Position numbers and translations under genes: made by a program
Part shown: one piece after another, positions 1 through 10,063 of the stretch
Layout: each line of letters begins with the position of its first letter
Position numbering within the stretch: the first letter of the stretch is position 1
The notes under the pieces: generated by a model
Databases searched by the model: none
Told to the model about the DNA's origin: nothing
What the model saw: only the letters and a program-made list of their open reading frames with translations
Source of the DNA: Candidatus Bathyarchaeia archaeon
GTDB lineage: Archaea; Thermoproteota; Bathyarchaeia; Bathyarchaeales; Bathycorpusculaceae
Length of the DNA stretch: 39,963 nt
Direction: 5' to 3'
Assembly: GCA_041479765.1 (NCBI GenBank)
Contig: JBGOYR010000001.1
Coordinates: 1-39,963, forward strand

Positions 1-94
1 CACTTCTAAAGCCAACACAACAGAGAGAGACACTCTAAACGCTTAAATCCTGTCTTTTGGTAGCAAGAGGAAAGAATAGGACCGGAAGAAGCTA

Positions 95-1390
95 TTGGTG
101 TCGTTGAGTAAGCTAAGAGAGGAATTCTCCTTCATCAAAGGAAACTATCTAATATTACTCATAAGCTGGATTCTGATGGATTTCGCCAACGAGCTGCCGG
201 GAACTTACTATTCTGACTACGTTAAGAACGAGCTAGGTGGAAGCGCCACAATCTTGGGCATCATAATGTTCGCGTCATTGATAGCCCTAGCTTCTGTCCA
301 ATTCTTGGGAGGGTATCTTGCAGACAAATATGGAAGAAGGCTTTTGGTTTCGACGCTAACGTTCGGCGTAGCCTTTTCATTCATCCTATACGCAACAGCA
401 CCAAGCTGGCATTTCCTCCTGATCGGTGCGATAATTCAGAACCTATGTTTGCTCTATCAACCAGCACTAAACGCCATGATGGCGGATTCATTGCCGCCTG
501 AAAAGCGAGGAATGGGCTTCTCAGTACTAAACCTCATAATGAGCGTTTCCACAACCCCAGGACCCATCGTAGCTCTTGCACTTGTCGCCACTTTCGGATC
601 GAATTGGGGAATGAGAATAGCTTACCTCATCGTTACAGTCTTGTACTTGATAGCAGCGACAGTACGACTGAAACTGAAGGAAAGCATGCAAAACACGGAG
701 AAGATGAACATCGGGGAAGCTCTCCGTTCTTATCCTAAGGCATTGAAGGAGGGAGTGACCGTGTGGAAGAAAGTGCCGCGCTCAATGCTCTGTCTGTTCT
801 TCTCTGAGCTGATAGTGCGATTGTCATTCGCGATGACGCAAATGCTTTTCCTGCTTTACGCCTTCTACGTGATCCAAATAGGAGGAATGCCAAACCCTGC
901 ACTCCCAGCAGCTTCAGACCCTGCTCTCCAACTTGCGCGCATCAATTGGGGCTACGTCATGACTGCCCTGTTCATCTGCATGATAGCCTTTGCCTTCCCC
1001 ATCGGAAAACTGCTTGACAAAATCGGCAGAAAGAAACCGCTAATAATATCCAACATCCTGGTAGTTCCAGCCATTCTCATATTCGTATATGGAAACTACC
1101 TGACCACTTACATAGCCATGATCCTCACGGGATTGACAATGCTTCTCGGCTTCTCCTCCTACCAAACCATGTTCGCAGATCTTGTTCCACAAGCACTACG
1201 CGGAAAAGTCACAGGCTCACTAAACTTCTTCACATACATATTCATGGCCCTCGGAGCAGCCCTAGGCGGATTCCTGTACGACAACACGTTCCCGCAACTC
1301 CCATTCCTCCTAATGATCATCCTCGTCATCCCATCCACACTGCTGGCGTTACTCGTGCATGAACCAAAACCGGAAGAAAGACAAGCCTAG
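95..1390 (+). CDS. MFS-type transporter
   Basis: 431-aa ORF with a TTG start. It is hydrophobic throughout, consistent with about 12 TM segments. The loop GGYLADKYGRRLL fits the MFS signature G-x-x-x-D-[RK]-x-G-R-[RK]. Confidence 0.8.
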   Translation: MVSLSKLREEFSFIKGNYLILLISWILMDFANELPGTYYSDYVKNELGGSATILGIIMFASLIALASVQFLGGYLADKYGRRLLVSTLTFGVAFSFILYATAPSWHFLLIGAIIQNLCLLYQPALNAMMADSLPPEKRGMGFSVLNLIMSVSTTPGPIVALALVATFGSNWGMRIAYLIVTVLYLIAATVRLKLKESMQNTEKMNIGEALRSYPKALKEGVTVWKKVPRSMLCLFFSELIVRLSFAMTQMLFLLYAFYVIQIGGMPNPALPAASDPALQLARINWGYVMTALFICMIAFAFPIGKLLDKIGRKKPLIISNILVVPAILIFVYGNYLTTYIAMILTGLTMLLGFSSYQTMFADLVPQALRGKVTGSLNFFTYIFMALGAALGGFLYDNTFPQLPFLLMIILVIPSTLLALLVHEPKPEERQA

Positions 1391-1434
1391 AATACCCAGA
1401 TCTTAGCTCTGAGGAAGGAGTGGACGGGTAAATC

Positions 1435-2273
1435 ATGGCACCAGACGACAGACAAATGAAAAAAGTCGTTAAGGCTTGGTACACAAAAACTGCGCATTAC
1501 GAATGGCGCCGTCTGAAACAAGACGCATACCACCAAATCGAGTTCCTCACAACCATACATTTTGTTGAGAAACACTTGCCAAAACACGGTTTGGTCTTGG
1601 ATGCTGGTGGAGGGCCGGGAAGATATACGATTGAGCTTGCCAAACGCGGTTACGATGTTGTGTTGTTGGATCTCGTTCCTGAAATGTTGAAAGCCGCCAA
1701 GAGAAATATCAAAAGAACAAGCGTTCAAGAAAGGGTCAAGCAGATCATTGAGGGCTCTATTGACGATCTTTCATTGTTTGAAAATGAATCATTCGATGCG
1801 TGCTCTGTTTGGGGGCACCGCTCACTCACATCCTTGATGCAGAGAAAAGAGAAAAGGCTACAGCAGAACTCGTGCGTGTAGCCAAGCAGAACGCTCCAAT
1901 CCTAGTTTCTGTCATCAGCCGCATGGGACTGCTCAGAACGATCCTTATCGGGTTTCCGCACGAGATGAAATACGCAAAACACCACTGGAAAACTGGCGAT
2001 TACATTCCAGGTCTGTATGGCAAAGGCTTCACCGCAGCCCACTGGTTCTTACCCGAAGAGCTGCGTTTGCTCTTTGAGAGGAATGGTGTTGAAGTCTTGG
2101 AGATGGCTGGGTTGGAAGGGCTCTCTTCGCATCACGAAAAAGAGACAAATAGGCTTTACAAGGATCAAGAGAAATGGAAAATGTGGATGGAAATCCTGCT
2201 GGAAACGTGCACACACCCGTCGATCGTAGGAAGTTCTGAACACTTCCTGCTTGTGGGCAGAAAACGTGGCTAG
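1435..2273 (+). pseudogene. Class I SAM-dependent methyltransferase interrupted by a one-base frame break near 1800
   Basis: ORF 1435..1881 carries motif I (VLDAGGGPGRYT) and reads sensibly up to ...ENESFDA. ORF 1800..2273, in the -1 frame, continues with VLCLGAPLTHILDAEKRE... The second frame is open only from 1788, so the switch lies at about 1798-1802 (gcg|gtg). One additional G would restore a 279-aa protein. Confidence 0.7.
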
Positions 2274-2698
2274 CTTTCTTCGGTTATGTGTTTTCTGAAG
2301 TACACTATATCCTTCCGTTCACGGTAACCGCACTTCATGAACAACTCTTTCGAGGCGTCGTTGGAATCGTCGACCAAAGCGGCGAATATGATGATTCCTT
2401 GCTTTTTGAGCAGTTTTTCAGATTCAGCAATCAGAGTCTTGGCGATCCCTTGATGCCTATGATCGGGATCAACAGCCAGACGGTTTATCCAGCCTCGCCG
2501 TGTGTCGCTACTTATGATGACTGTGCCGATGAGCTGGCTTTCTTGGAAGGCGCCTAGAAAAAGATGCGGGTTTGCAGCCATTTGGGCTGCTATTGCTTTC
2601 TTGCCGTCGCGTCCACGGGGTTCAATCGGCAGACCTCCCCTGGCCCACAGGTCGATTATCCTCTCATAGTCGTCGATGGTCAGTTTTCGAATTTGCAT
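2270..2698 (-). CDS. GNAT family N-acetyltransferase
   Basis: 142-aa ORF. The acetyl-CoA motif A-like segment is LAVDPDHRHQGIAKTLI (R-x-x-G-x-A). Size is typical for the family. Confidence 0.8.
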   Translation of the reverse strand: MQIRKLTIDDYERIIDLWARGGLPIEPRGRDGKKAIAAQMAANPHLFLGAFQESQLIGTVIISSDTRRGWINRLAVDPDHRHQGIAKTLIAESEKLLKKQGIIIFAALVDDSNDASKELFMKCGYRERKDIVYFRKHITEES

Positions 2699-2716
2699 TT
2701 GCAGACACTGATAGGT

Positions 2717-4054
2717 CTAAGCTTCCTTCGCGACTTCTTTCGTAACATCTTCAATAATGTCTAGTGCTGAGTCAACAAGTTCTTTTGTGATAATCAGTGG
2801 TGGCGCGACTCTGATTGTTGAAGCTCCGCATGTGATTACGTTGATTCCGCGTTTCCATGATCGCATCATGATCTCGGTGACCTTCTTCGGAGCTGGTTTC
2901 TTGCTTTCCTTGTCTTCAACGATTTCCATGCCAATCATCAAGCCCTTGCCGCGCACATCGCCAACAATATCGCACTGCTCTCTGAACTCGCCAAGTCTCT
3001 TCATGATGTAAGCACCTTGCTTAGTGGCGTTGTCCAGAAGCTTCTCCTCTTTTATGACGCTGATTACTGCAAGAGCGGCAACACATGACACTGGGTTTCC
3101 ACCGAAAGTGCTCGCGTGAGAACCCGGGACCCAATCCATGATCTTGGCATTTGAAATCGTAGCGCCTAAAGGCATTCCAGAAGCCAAAGCCTTTGAAGTG
3201 CACACAATATCGGGCTCGATTCCCCAGTGTTCAATCGCGAACCATTTTCCAGTTCGTCCCATTCCAGCCTGCACTTCATCATCAATCAGCAGCAAGTTGT
3301 ACTTGTCAGCCAACTTCTTCAACCGCTGGAAATACTCCGGTGGCGGAACAACGTAACCGCCTTCGCCTTGAATAGGCTCAATGAGGATCGCGGCCGTGTC
3401 TTCGGGAGGCACGTATTTCTGCAACACGTATTCGTCAATGAAGTCTACGCACCAGTAGTGGCAACCTGGATAGGTGAGTTTGAATGGACAGCGGTAGCAG
3501 TATGGGTAAGGTACATGGGTTACTCCGGGCATCAGTGGGAAGAAATATCGCTTCTGGGTAGGTTTGCTGGCAGTGAAAGACAGTGCCCCGATTGTGCGGC
3601 CGTGAAAGGCGCTGATGAATCCTATGAAAAGCTGCCTGCGAGTATGCCACTTAGCGATTTTGACCGAAGCTTCAACCGCTTCGGCTCCGCTGTTTCCAAA
3701 GTACACCTTCTTGTCAAACTTGCCAGGCGCGATTTCTGCAAGCTTCTCTGCAGCATCCAAAACCTCGTTGTAGTAAAAGTCAGTGTTGGAATAATGCAGG
3801 AATCTGTCGCACTGGTTCTTTATCGCCTGTATCACTTTTGGGTGGTTGTGGCCAACGTTCAAACATACTAGACCTGAGTTGAAATCAATATACTCGTTTC
3901 CATCAACGTCTGTGACTATGCAACCTTTGCCAGACTCAACAACAAGGGGGTAGAAGCGACCATATGAAGGGGAAATGAAGCGCTCGTCCTTTTTGACTGC
4001 TTCTCGTGCTTTTGGGCCTGGTGGTGTAACCTTAATTCTTGGATAAGTGCTCAT
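2717..4054 (-). CDS. Class III PLP-dependent aminotransferase (4-aminobutyrate/acetylornithine aminotransferase-like)
   Basis: 445 aa. It has DEVQAGMGRTGKWFA and TSKALASGMPLGA (PLP lysine context) and GNSGAEAVE. A GGTGAT SD lies 5 nt upstream of the ATG. Confidence 0.85.
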   Translation of the reverse strand: MSTYPRIKVTPPGPKAREAVKKDERFISPSYGRFYPLVVESGKGCIVTDVDGNEYIDFNSGLVCLNVGHNHPKVIQAIKNQCDRFLHYSNTDFYYNEVLDAAEKLAEIAPGKFDKKVYFGNSGAEAVEASVKIAKWHTRRQLFIGFISAFHGRTIGALSFTASKPTQKRYFFPLMPGVTHVPYPYCYRCPFKLTYPGCHYWCVDFIDEYVLQKYVPPEDTAAILIEPIQGEGGYVVPPPEYFQRLKKLADKYNLLLIDDEVQAGMGRTGKWFAIEHWGIEPDIVCTSKALASGMPLGATISNAKIMDWVPGSHASTFGGNPVSCVAALAVISVIKEEKLLDNATKQGAYIMKRLGEFREQCDIVGDVRGKGLMIGMEIVEDKESKKPAPKKVTEIMMRSWKRGINVITCGASTIRVAPPLIITKELVDSALDIIEDVTKEVAKEA

Positions 4055-4094
4055 TTCGCATCACCGAAAAGAGAACAAACGTTAGAAAAGACAG

Positions 4095-4107
4095 TTTTAT
4101 ATATTTA
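4095..4107 (-). promoter_or_regulatory. TATA-box-like element upstream of the aminotransferase gene
   Basis: ttttatatattta lies about 45 nt upstream of the ATG at 4054. That spacing leaves room for a short leader containing the SD. Confidence 0.35.
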
Positions 4108-4211
4108 CCTATGCAACTCGAAGAAAAAGAAACGTAAGAAAATGCTAACGGACCACATGATGGAAAAGCCGTCTGTTCTTCGACTTGTCCCCGACAGAAA
4201 AGCGAGTCGTG

Positions 4212-4568
4212 TCATGGTTTAGTCAATGTGATCTCGATGGCTGAAACGTTCGACTTTCGACCAGCCTCTCTAGTCACTTCTTCTGTGCACAATAATACGC
4301 CTTGAACGTCTAGGTTCTTCGCGAAAGACCGCCTCAGGACCTCAGCAGTGTCGACTGCTCTACAAATCGCTCGCCCTCTAGCTTTGATTGTGACCTTGTT
4401 AGAGCCAGAGCTCAGGTGGGTCAGACAAGCAACCACATAGCTCATTACGGGTTTCTTGCCGGTGAGCACGGCTTTCTCGTTCTTCTCTATGTTCTCGACG
4501 GCCTTCGTTTGCTCCTCAGATGGCTTCTGTTTCTGTGCAGTCTCTTTCTTGCGTTTATTGACAGGCAT
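4212..4568 (-). CDS. albA: Alba family DNA/RNA-binding protein with a Lys/Glu-rich N-terminal extension
   Basis: The C-terminal ~85 aa are VLTGKKPVMSYVVACLTHL...VTIKARGRAICRAVDTAEVLRR...SAIEITL, which matches the Alba core pattern. About 33 extra N-terminal residues are present if the ATG at 4568 is used. An internal GTG at codon 34 is an alternative start. Confidence 0.8.
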   Translation of the reverse strand: MPVNKRKKETAQKQKPSEEQTKAVENIEKNEKAVLTGKKPVMSYVVACLTHLSSGSNKVTIKARGRAICRAVDTAEVLRRSFAKNLDVQGVLLCTEEVTREAGRKSNVSAIEITLTKP

Positions 4569-4728
4569 GTTTTGTCGTCTCTTTTAATGTTAAGAACTAC
4601 TTACATTGTAACGCAGACTGTACCATAGTCCTTTGGTAATTCTTACATCTTTCCGTACAGTGAACAGCCAGACGCACTAGCCGGCAGACGATACGATTTG
4701 ACCCCGAAGAAGGGCTTTGAATCACTCC

Positions 4729-5295
4729 TCAAGTCTTCGGTTGAATGAACTTCATTCCTTCCTCTAACGCACGCACGTTAGCCTCGAAAGCTTTAACCTT
4801 CGCACCGTAGAGTTCCTTCAATCCTTCAGCTATGCTTTCTTTAGATACGACCTTCGTGCAGGCAATGTAGGCACCAAGCATCACCATGTTAGCTGCTCGC
4901 TCATTGCCGACGCTGGCTGCAATCTCGTTCGCAGGAATCGATAACGCCCTAATGTCCTTTCGGACAACTGGTCTTGTTACGAAAGAACTGTTGGAAAGCA
5001 ACAAGCCGTTGCTTCCAAGGCGCTGCTCGAAAGCCTCCAAAGACGGGTTGTTCATTACAATGACCGATCTTGCATGCGGTATCACGGGAGACCCTATCTC
5101 CTCCTGTGATATGACGACAGTACAGTTCGCGGTTCCACCACGCATCTCAGGCCCGTAAGAGGGAATCCATGTCACGTTTCTTCCTTCCTTCATGGCGCTG
5201 TAGGCCAACAGCTTACCAATGAACATCAAGCCTTGACCGCCGAAACCCGCCATAATGACATCTTCGTAGAAAGCTTTCCCCTTCGCTTTCGCCAA
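4729..5295 (-). CDS. 2-oxoacid:ferredoxin oxidoreductase, gamma subunit
   Basis: It carries the GFGGQG motif. The track ORF starts at GTG 5328 and overlaps the beta subunit by 29 nt. A TTG at 5295 lies 8 nt downstream of AAGGAGGT (5304-5311) and directly after the beta stop, so I prefer it. The start remains uncertain. Confidence 0.8.
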   Translation of the reverse strand: MAKAKGKAFYEDVIMAGFGGQGLMFIGKLLAYSAMKEGRNVTWIPSYGPEMRGGTANCTVVISQEEIGSPVIPHARSVIVMNNPSLEAFEQRLGSNGLLLSNSSFVTRPVVRKDIRALSIPANEIAASVGNERAANMVMLGAYIACTKVVSKESIAEGLKELYGAKVKAFEANVRALEEGMKFIQPKT

Positions 5296-5299
5296 GCCT

Positions 5300-6049
5300 C
5301 TATACCTCCTTGGGGGCTTTGAACTCACCCAACGGGTAATACTGCATCATCGTCTCTTCAACCCACTTCGTCGACTCAAAAGGCGTCATATGCCAGTTTG
5401 TAGGACACTGGGACAAGACCTCAACAAGAGAATAGCCCAATCCTTTTAGCTGAGTCTCAAACGCCTTCCGAATTGCCTTCTTAGCCTGAATCACACACTT
5501 AGGACTGCTGACAGCCACCCTTGCAACATAAGCCGCACCCTGAAGAGTCGCAATCATCTCACTGACCCTAATCGGGTATCCTGCAGTTTCCGCCTTCCTG
5601 CCGTCAACGCTCGTCGTAGTCTTCTGTCCAACAAGCGTTGTTGGCGCCATTTGGCCTGCTGTCATTCCGTAAATTGCGTTGTTCACGAAAATCGTTGTAA
5701 TCTTCTCACCGCGCGCAGCCACATGAACTGCCTCTGCCGTCCCAATCGCCGCTAGGTCTCCGTCGCCTTGATAAGTGAAGACGACAAGCTCCGGACGAAC
5801 CCTCTTGCACCCTGTGGCAATTGCAGGCGCACGACCATGAGCAGCCTCGTATGCGTCAATGTCAAAGTAGTTGTAAAGAAGAACTGCACAGCCCACGGGA
5901 GCAACCACAGCGGTCTTCTCGCGGATGCCAAGCTCGTCTATTACTTCTGCGACCAGTCGATGAATTATCCCGTGCCCGCATCCCGGACAATAATGGGTTG
6001 GCACCGGAAGAAGGGATTTCGGCCTATCAGAGACCAATTCCATCACCAT
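5300..6049 (-). CDS. 2-oxoacid:ferredoxin oxidoreductase, beta (TPP-binding) subunit
   Basis: It has CPGCGHG near the N-terminus and a GDGD TPP motif ([11 protein letters not shown]). The ATG at 6049 sits 1 nt after the alpha stop, whereas the track start at 6088 would overlap alpha. Confidence 0.85.
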   Translation of the reverse strand: MVMELVSDRPKSLLPVPTHYCPGCGHGIIHRLVAEVIDELGIREKTAVVAPVGCAVLLYNYFDIDAYEAAHGRAPAIATGCKRVRPELVVFTYQGDGDLAAIGTAEAVHVAARGEKITTIFVNNAIYGMTAGQMAPTTLVGQKTTTSVDGRKAETAGYPIRVSEMIATLQGAAYVARVAVSSPKCVIQAKKAIRKAFETQLKGLGYSLVEVLSQCPTNWHMTPFESTKWVEETMMQYYPLGEFKAPKEV

Positions 6050-6050
6050 C

Positions 6051-7112
6051 TTATCTAGCCCTCCCTGCAATTTTCTCAACCTCAGCAACTATTTCATCAT
6101 AGCTAGGCACGATGCCGCCTACTCTGCTGTAGAAGTGCACGTTGGTCTTGCCGCAAACGGCAAGCTTGACGTCCTCCAGCATTTGGCCTAGACTCATTTC
6201 GACCACCAGAATATTCTTGATCTTTTCCGCGGTTTGGGCAAAAGCTTGGGCTGGAAAAGGGTAAAGCGAAATCGGTCTCAAGAGCCCAACCTTCAAACCC
6301 TCTTCACGAAGAATTTTGATGGCGGTCTTCGTGATCCGCGCCACCGTACCGTAAGCAGCTATTATTACATCGGCATCTTCAGTCATGTAGGATTCGAAAC
6401 GGACCTCGTTCTTGACAGCTTCGCTCATCTTGTGGGCAATGTCAAGGTTTCGTTTTTCAAGAACTATAGGATTCAAGTGGAGGGTTTTGATGATGTGTCT
6501 GGGTCTGCCTTTAGCTCCGGTGATCGCCCAGTCCTTTTCAGTCACAGAAGGCTTCTCAGAAGGCTTGAACTCTACAGGTTCCATCATCTGGCCGATGTTG
6601 CCGTCTCCCAGAATCATAACGGGGTTCCGGTACTTGTCGGCAAGATCGAAAGCAAGCATGGTGAGGTTCACAGCTTCTTGTGCTGTGGATGGCGCAAGAA
6701 CTATCAGGTGATAGTCGCCGTGACCACCACCTTTTGTGGCTTGGAAGTAGTCAGACTGCGAGGGCGCAATTCCGCCGAGACCGGGCCCGCCTCGCATCAT
6801 GTTCACTATGACGCAAGGAAGCTCGGCAGCCGCGATGTAAGAGATTCCTTCCTGCATGAGGCTAATCCCGGGACTGGAAGAGGATGTCATGACCCTGGCT
6901 CCTGCACCTGAGGCCCCGAACACCATGTAGATGGCGGATAATTCGCTCTCTGCTTGAATGAAACAACCTCCAACCTGCGGAAGCCTCCAAGACATCCGCT
7001 CACCAATCTCGTTCTGGGGCGTTATAGGGTAGCCGAAATAGAATCTGCATCCCGCCTGAATGGCAGCTTCGGCTATTGCGTCGTTTCCAGACATGAACTC
7101 TTTCTTCGACAC
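6051..7112 (-). CDS. 2-oxoacid:ferredoxin oxidoreductase, alpha subunit
   Basis: The N-terminus [19 protein letters not shown] is typical of OFOR alpha subunits. A GTG at 7112 immediately follows the delta stop (7115-7117), and an ATG at 7094 is the alternative. The track start at 7199 would overlap delta. Confidence 0.85.
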   Translation of the reverse strand: MSKKEFMSGNDAIAEAAIQAGCRFYFGYPITPQNEIGERMSWRLPQVGGCFIQAESELSAIYMVFGASGAGARVMTSSSSPGISLMQEGISYIAAAELPCVIVNMMRGGPGLGGIAPSQSDYFQATKGGGHGDYHLIVLAPSTAQEAVNLTMLAFDLADKYRNPVMILGDGNIGQMMEPVEFKPSEKPSVTEKDWAITGAKGRPRHIIKTLHLNPIVLEKRNLDIAHKMSEAVKNEVRFESYMTEDADVIIAAYGTVARITKTAIKILREEGLKVGLLRPISLYPFPAQAFAQTAEKIKNILVVEMSLGQMLEDVKLAVCGKTNVHFYSRVGGIVPSYDEIVAEVEKIAGRAR

Positions 7113-7114
7113 TT

Positions 7115-7348
7115 CTACTTCACACCTATCTTCTTCTCTCTGTAAACCTGAATCGCAGCGTCCGGACAAACCAGAGCGCACATACCGCAACCCGTACACT
7201 TGCCTTCAGGATCGACAAGCTCAGCTGGATGGTAACTCGTTTCACTAACGTGCTTTGCAGTTTGAAGAAGCCGCTGAGGACAAGCATTAATGCAGAGCTC
7301 ACAACCCTTACAGAATTTCTCGTTCACCACGACTTTCCCCATTTCCAC
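7115..7348 (-). CDS. 2-oxoacid:ferredoxin oxidoreductase, delta (2x[4Fe-4S] ferredoxin) subunit
   Basis: 77 aa with two CxxCxxCxxxCP motifs (CKGCELCINACP and CTGCGMCALVCP). A GGAGGG SD lies upstream. The gene order delta-alpha-beta-gamma resembles KOR-type operons, but substrate specificity cannot be called from sequence alone. Confidence 0.85.
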   Translation of the reverse strand: MEMGKVVVNEKFCKGCELCINACPQRLLQTAKHVSETSYHPAELVDPEGKCTGCGMCALVCPDAAIQVYREKKIGVK

Positions 7349-7468
7349 CCTCCATCAATAGTTACCAGACTTGACCGGGAACCCTTCTAGGTCGCACTCA
7401 ACCAGGAGCCTCAAGCTTCACTTTTGCTCCAAGGAGCAGTCAGAAAGTTCTGCCATATTAGCGTTAGG

Positions 7469-9262
7469 CTAGACAGACAGCAGAACTAACATCAGAAACA
7501 AGCCGCTAAGCGTGAAAATCGATGGAGCAAGTATCTTTGCCTTGTGGATAGCTCTATCCGTGAGCAGACATAGAGTTTCTAGCTGCTTTGCCCCGATGAC
7601 CTTGACCTTGGGAACGACTATCTTGCGGCAATCTATATTTTTGACAGGTTCCAGATTGGCCAAAGCGGCAAGTGCAGCTTTTTTGATATAGTTAATCAGT
7701 TTTTCGTTATCCATGGCTTCGCCTACGGGGTGATACCCGCGTTCACCCAGTATCACAGCATTCACCGCATGAGTATCTGTTGTGAAAATCTCACACTCAT
7801 TAAAACCGACAGAATGCAAGGCAGACAGAACACGTTCACGCAATCCAGACACCATGTTATTGCCATCAATAACCACGTAAGCAGTCTTCTGTTCACCGAC
7901 CTGAATCACGACGGCAGTGATACCTCCGGGTCCCATACCGTCACTTAGAGTGAATTCTTTTGGAAAGACTGTTGCGCCGCCAATGCCGAATGGCAGTCGT
8001 CCAAGTGAAGATGCCTTCTCTAGACAGGAAGATGCCACCATCTGTAGCGAGTCCAAGGCTTTTTGCATGTCTGAAATTCCGTTTATGCTGTTGTGGGCAT
8101 TGACAACTGCGGAACAAGCTAGGCCTTGCTTTTCGGCTTCTTGCTGAACGAAAAGCCCTAACTCCTTCGGAAAATCCTCAGTAGTCTCAGGCGCAAGCGT
8201 GAAAGAAATGAACACAAGATTACCGAAAACTTGACAGCAAGCTGTAGCCGTTCCATTGCTAACAGAGACGAAGGGCGACGCCTTTGCTTCTAAAGACTCG
8301 GCATTCTTGGAATGAATGATGCTGTCAATTATCTTTTGGTTCTGAGTTTGCGATGCTAGATCAAGTTCGTGACCGAAAAGGCCATGTGGAACGCAGACAG
8401 CGCAGCCCAGTTTCTTTTCCAATGTATTCTTGATCATCGAAGGCAGGATGCTGCTTCCGATGTTTTTGAATGGGCCTGGGTGAACTGAAGGAACGACTAT
8501 CATTGCTTTGGGTTGCGAAGAGATGAACTTCATCAATGAAACTTCGACATCTTGCTCTTCGCCCAGCTTCTCGAGAAGCTCCTCAAAAGGAGCATTCAAA
8601 TCCAACACCCAATTAAGCAGAAAAGCCTTCAAAAGAGAGAAGGACGGAACACCAAGTGCCTGTTTGCCTATCCGGTTGAGGAGAGATATGAAACAGAAAC
8701 TCGAAAGCAATGCCACGACTACTGAAAAAGCGAAGAATAGGCCCATCTGCACGGTTGGTGGAAAGCCCATTCTAGTCCAAAGAGCTAAGAACGGAACCGC
8801 GCAAGAGAGCGGTTGAAGAAATGCTGCTGTAAGAACACGCTTGTAACTCATACGGGATGTAGTAGTAAACACGATCAACCGCAAGATCAGCACTGCTGAA
8901 AACCCAAGAAGACAGAGCCTGATCCACCACAACAAGCCAGATGTTGCGGCGGCCATAGTGCCTACAAGGCCAAAGCACAACCATAGGACCATGCAAATGA
9001 GTGAAATCGCTGCGGTTCTTCTGAAGCTGAAAATGGGATCTCTTCTCAAAAGTAGCATGCTTACCACGTAGTCCAAGATGAAATTCACAAGAAACAGCGA
9101 AAAGCCTAAGAACAATGCATCAAGCAACCCATCAGGATACCCAAAAAGGCCGATTGTTGACAGAAAGCTTCCTCCAAAGCAGACTAGGGCCATGAGCAGA
9201 ATCACTCGTCTGTAGGATGGAAGTTTGAAAAGCGATGAATAGTGTTTGACTGCGTTGTCCAT
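7469..9262 (-). CDS. Large archaeal membrane protein (DUF2070-like: N-terminal multi-TM region plus C-terminal soluble domain)
   Basis: The track ORF is 620 aa. I prefer the ATG at 9262 (MDNAVKHYSSLFKLPSY...). There are about 7 hydrophobic helices, then a ~300-aa soluble part, then a final TM segment. The family assignment is from memory of the architecture only. Confidence 0.55.
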   Translation of the reverse strand: MDNAVKHYSSLFKLPSYRRVILLMALVCFGGSFLSTIGLFGYPDGLLDALFLGFSLFLVNFILDYVVSMLLLRRDPIFSFRRTAAISLICMVLWLCFGLVGTMAAATSGLLWWIRLCLLGFSAVLILRLIVFTTTSRMSYKRVLTAAFLQPLSCAVPFLALWTRMGFPPTVQMGLFFAFSVVVALLSSFCFISLLNRIGKQALGVPSFSLLKAFLLNWVLDLNAPFEELLEKLGEEQDVEVSLMKFISSQPKAMIVVPSVHPGPFKNIGSSILPSMIKNTLEKKLGCAVCVPHGLFGHELDLASQTQNQKIIDSIIHSKNAESLEAKASPFVSVSNGTATACCQVFGNLVFISFTLAPETTEDFPKELGLFVQQEAEKQGLACSAVVNAHNSINGISDMQKALDSLQMVASSCLEKASSLGRLPFGIGGATVFPKEFTLSDGMGPGGITAVVIQVGEQKTAYVVIDGNNMVSGLRERVLSALHSVGFNECEIFTTDTHAVNAVILGERGYHPVGEAMDNEKLINYIKKAALAALANLEPVKNIDCRKIVVPKVKVIGAKQLETLCLLTDRAIHKAKILAPSIFTLSGLFLMLVLLSV

Positions 9263-9492
9263 TGAAGCATTGAGCGAATTATCAGTCACAAGCACATCCT
9301 CTCGAGCGAAGCTTCTATGAGAGCAAATCAACCATATTAAAGTGTTGCGAATCTACGAACCGCATCGACAAGAGCATTCAGATATCGCTCAAGGAGGACG
9401 AATGAAAGCAGGGTCAATGGAAAGTGACATATAACTTAATAAGAGTGAATGTTTTATCTCTAAATGCCTGTTCTGAAGGTTTTGTCAAATCT

Positions 9493-9780
9493 ATGCCAGA
9501 TCAAGACGTTCCCCCCACAATCTTCCACATGCTTGAAAGAAATCTAGGCAAAAAGATACGTGTCATCTTGGATCCTGCCTACGGTTTTGAGGGAACATTA
9601 GCAGCCATGACCAGCGAACCGTCAGGAATATGGCTTTCAGACGCTGAAGCCATCATACTCAGAGCTACAATCGCTCAACCTATTCCAACAGTCGCAAGTA
9701 GAGAAGAAAGAAGTGAGATATTCATCCACTTGAACTCTGTACAAAGAATAGAAGTACTGCACCCACCAGCGCGCCGCTAA
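9493..9780 (+). CDS. Putative Sm-like (LSm) fold protein
   Basis: I prefer the ATG at 9493 over the GTG at 9424. LGKKIRVIL...FEGTL...IWLSDAEAI plus IFIHLNSVQRIEVL resembles Sm1/Sm2 motifs with an insertion. The assignment is weak. Confidence 0.45.
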   Translation: MPDQDVPPTIFHMLERNLGKKIRVILDPAYGFEGTLAAMTSEPSGIWLSDAEAIILRATIAQPIPTVASREERSEIFIHLNSVQRIEVLHPPARR

Positions 9781-9787
9781 AGAGCTT

Positions 9788-9958
9788 TTACTTGAAAAAG
9801 GCTTGCGCCAAGATACAAATCACTATTAAGCCTATTGCTGCAACTACCAATACTTCTGGCCTCACCTTGACTCCCTCAGTCTCCTCCTCGAAGAACCTGA
9901 GAAGTCCTGCACTTGCAGCAGGCATTGGTGACTTGCTTTCTTTTTTCTTCTTACTCAT
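9788..9958 (-). CDS. Preprotein translocase subunit Sec61beta (archaeal SecG)
   Basis: MSKKKKESKSPMPAASAGLLRFFEEE...VRPEVLVVAAIGLIVICILAQ has a basic N-terminus, the SAGLLRFF motif and a single C-terminal TM segment. The ATG at 9958 is preferred. Confidence 0.8.
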   Translation of the reverse strand: MSKKKKESKSPMPAASAGLLRFFEEETEGVKVRPEVLVVAAIGLIVICILAQAFFK

Positions 9959-10063
9959 CGCAGACCCCACTGATCTTCTGCACTGAAGTTGTACCTTCAT
10001 CTCCATTATTAATGTTACGTTGCCCCAAAAGAGTTTTTAGTTTTGACCGAATGATAATGTGAT

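Noticed and set aside
3227-3871. Long antisense ORFs inside well-supported genes (3227..3871, 6234..6911, 10037..10447, 34770..35252, 37956..38513, 38852..39469)
   Set aside because: Each lies fully within a gene whose product has strong family motifs. Their sequences are low-complexity (Ser/Arg/Pro/Cys-rich) and they lack SDs.
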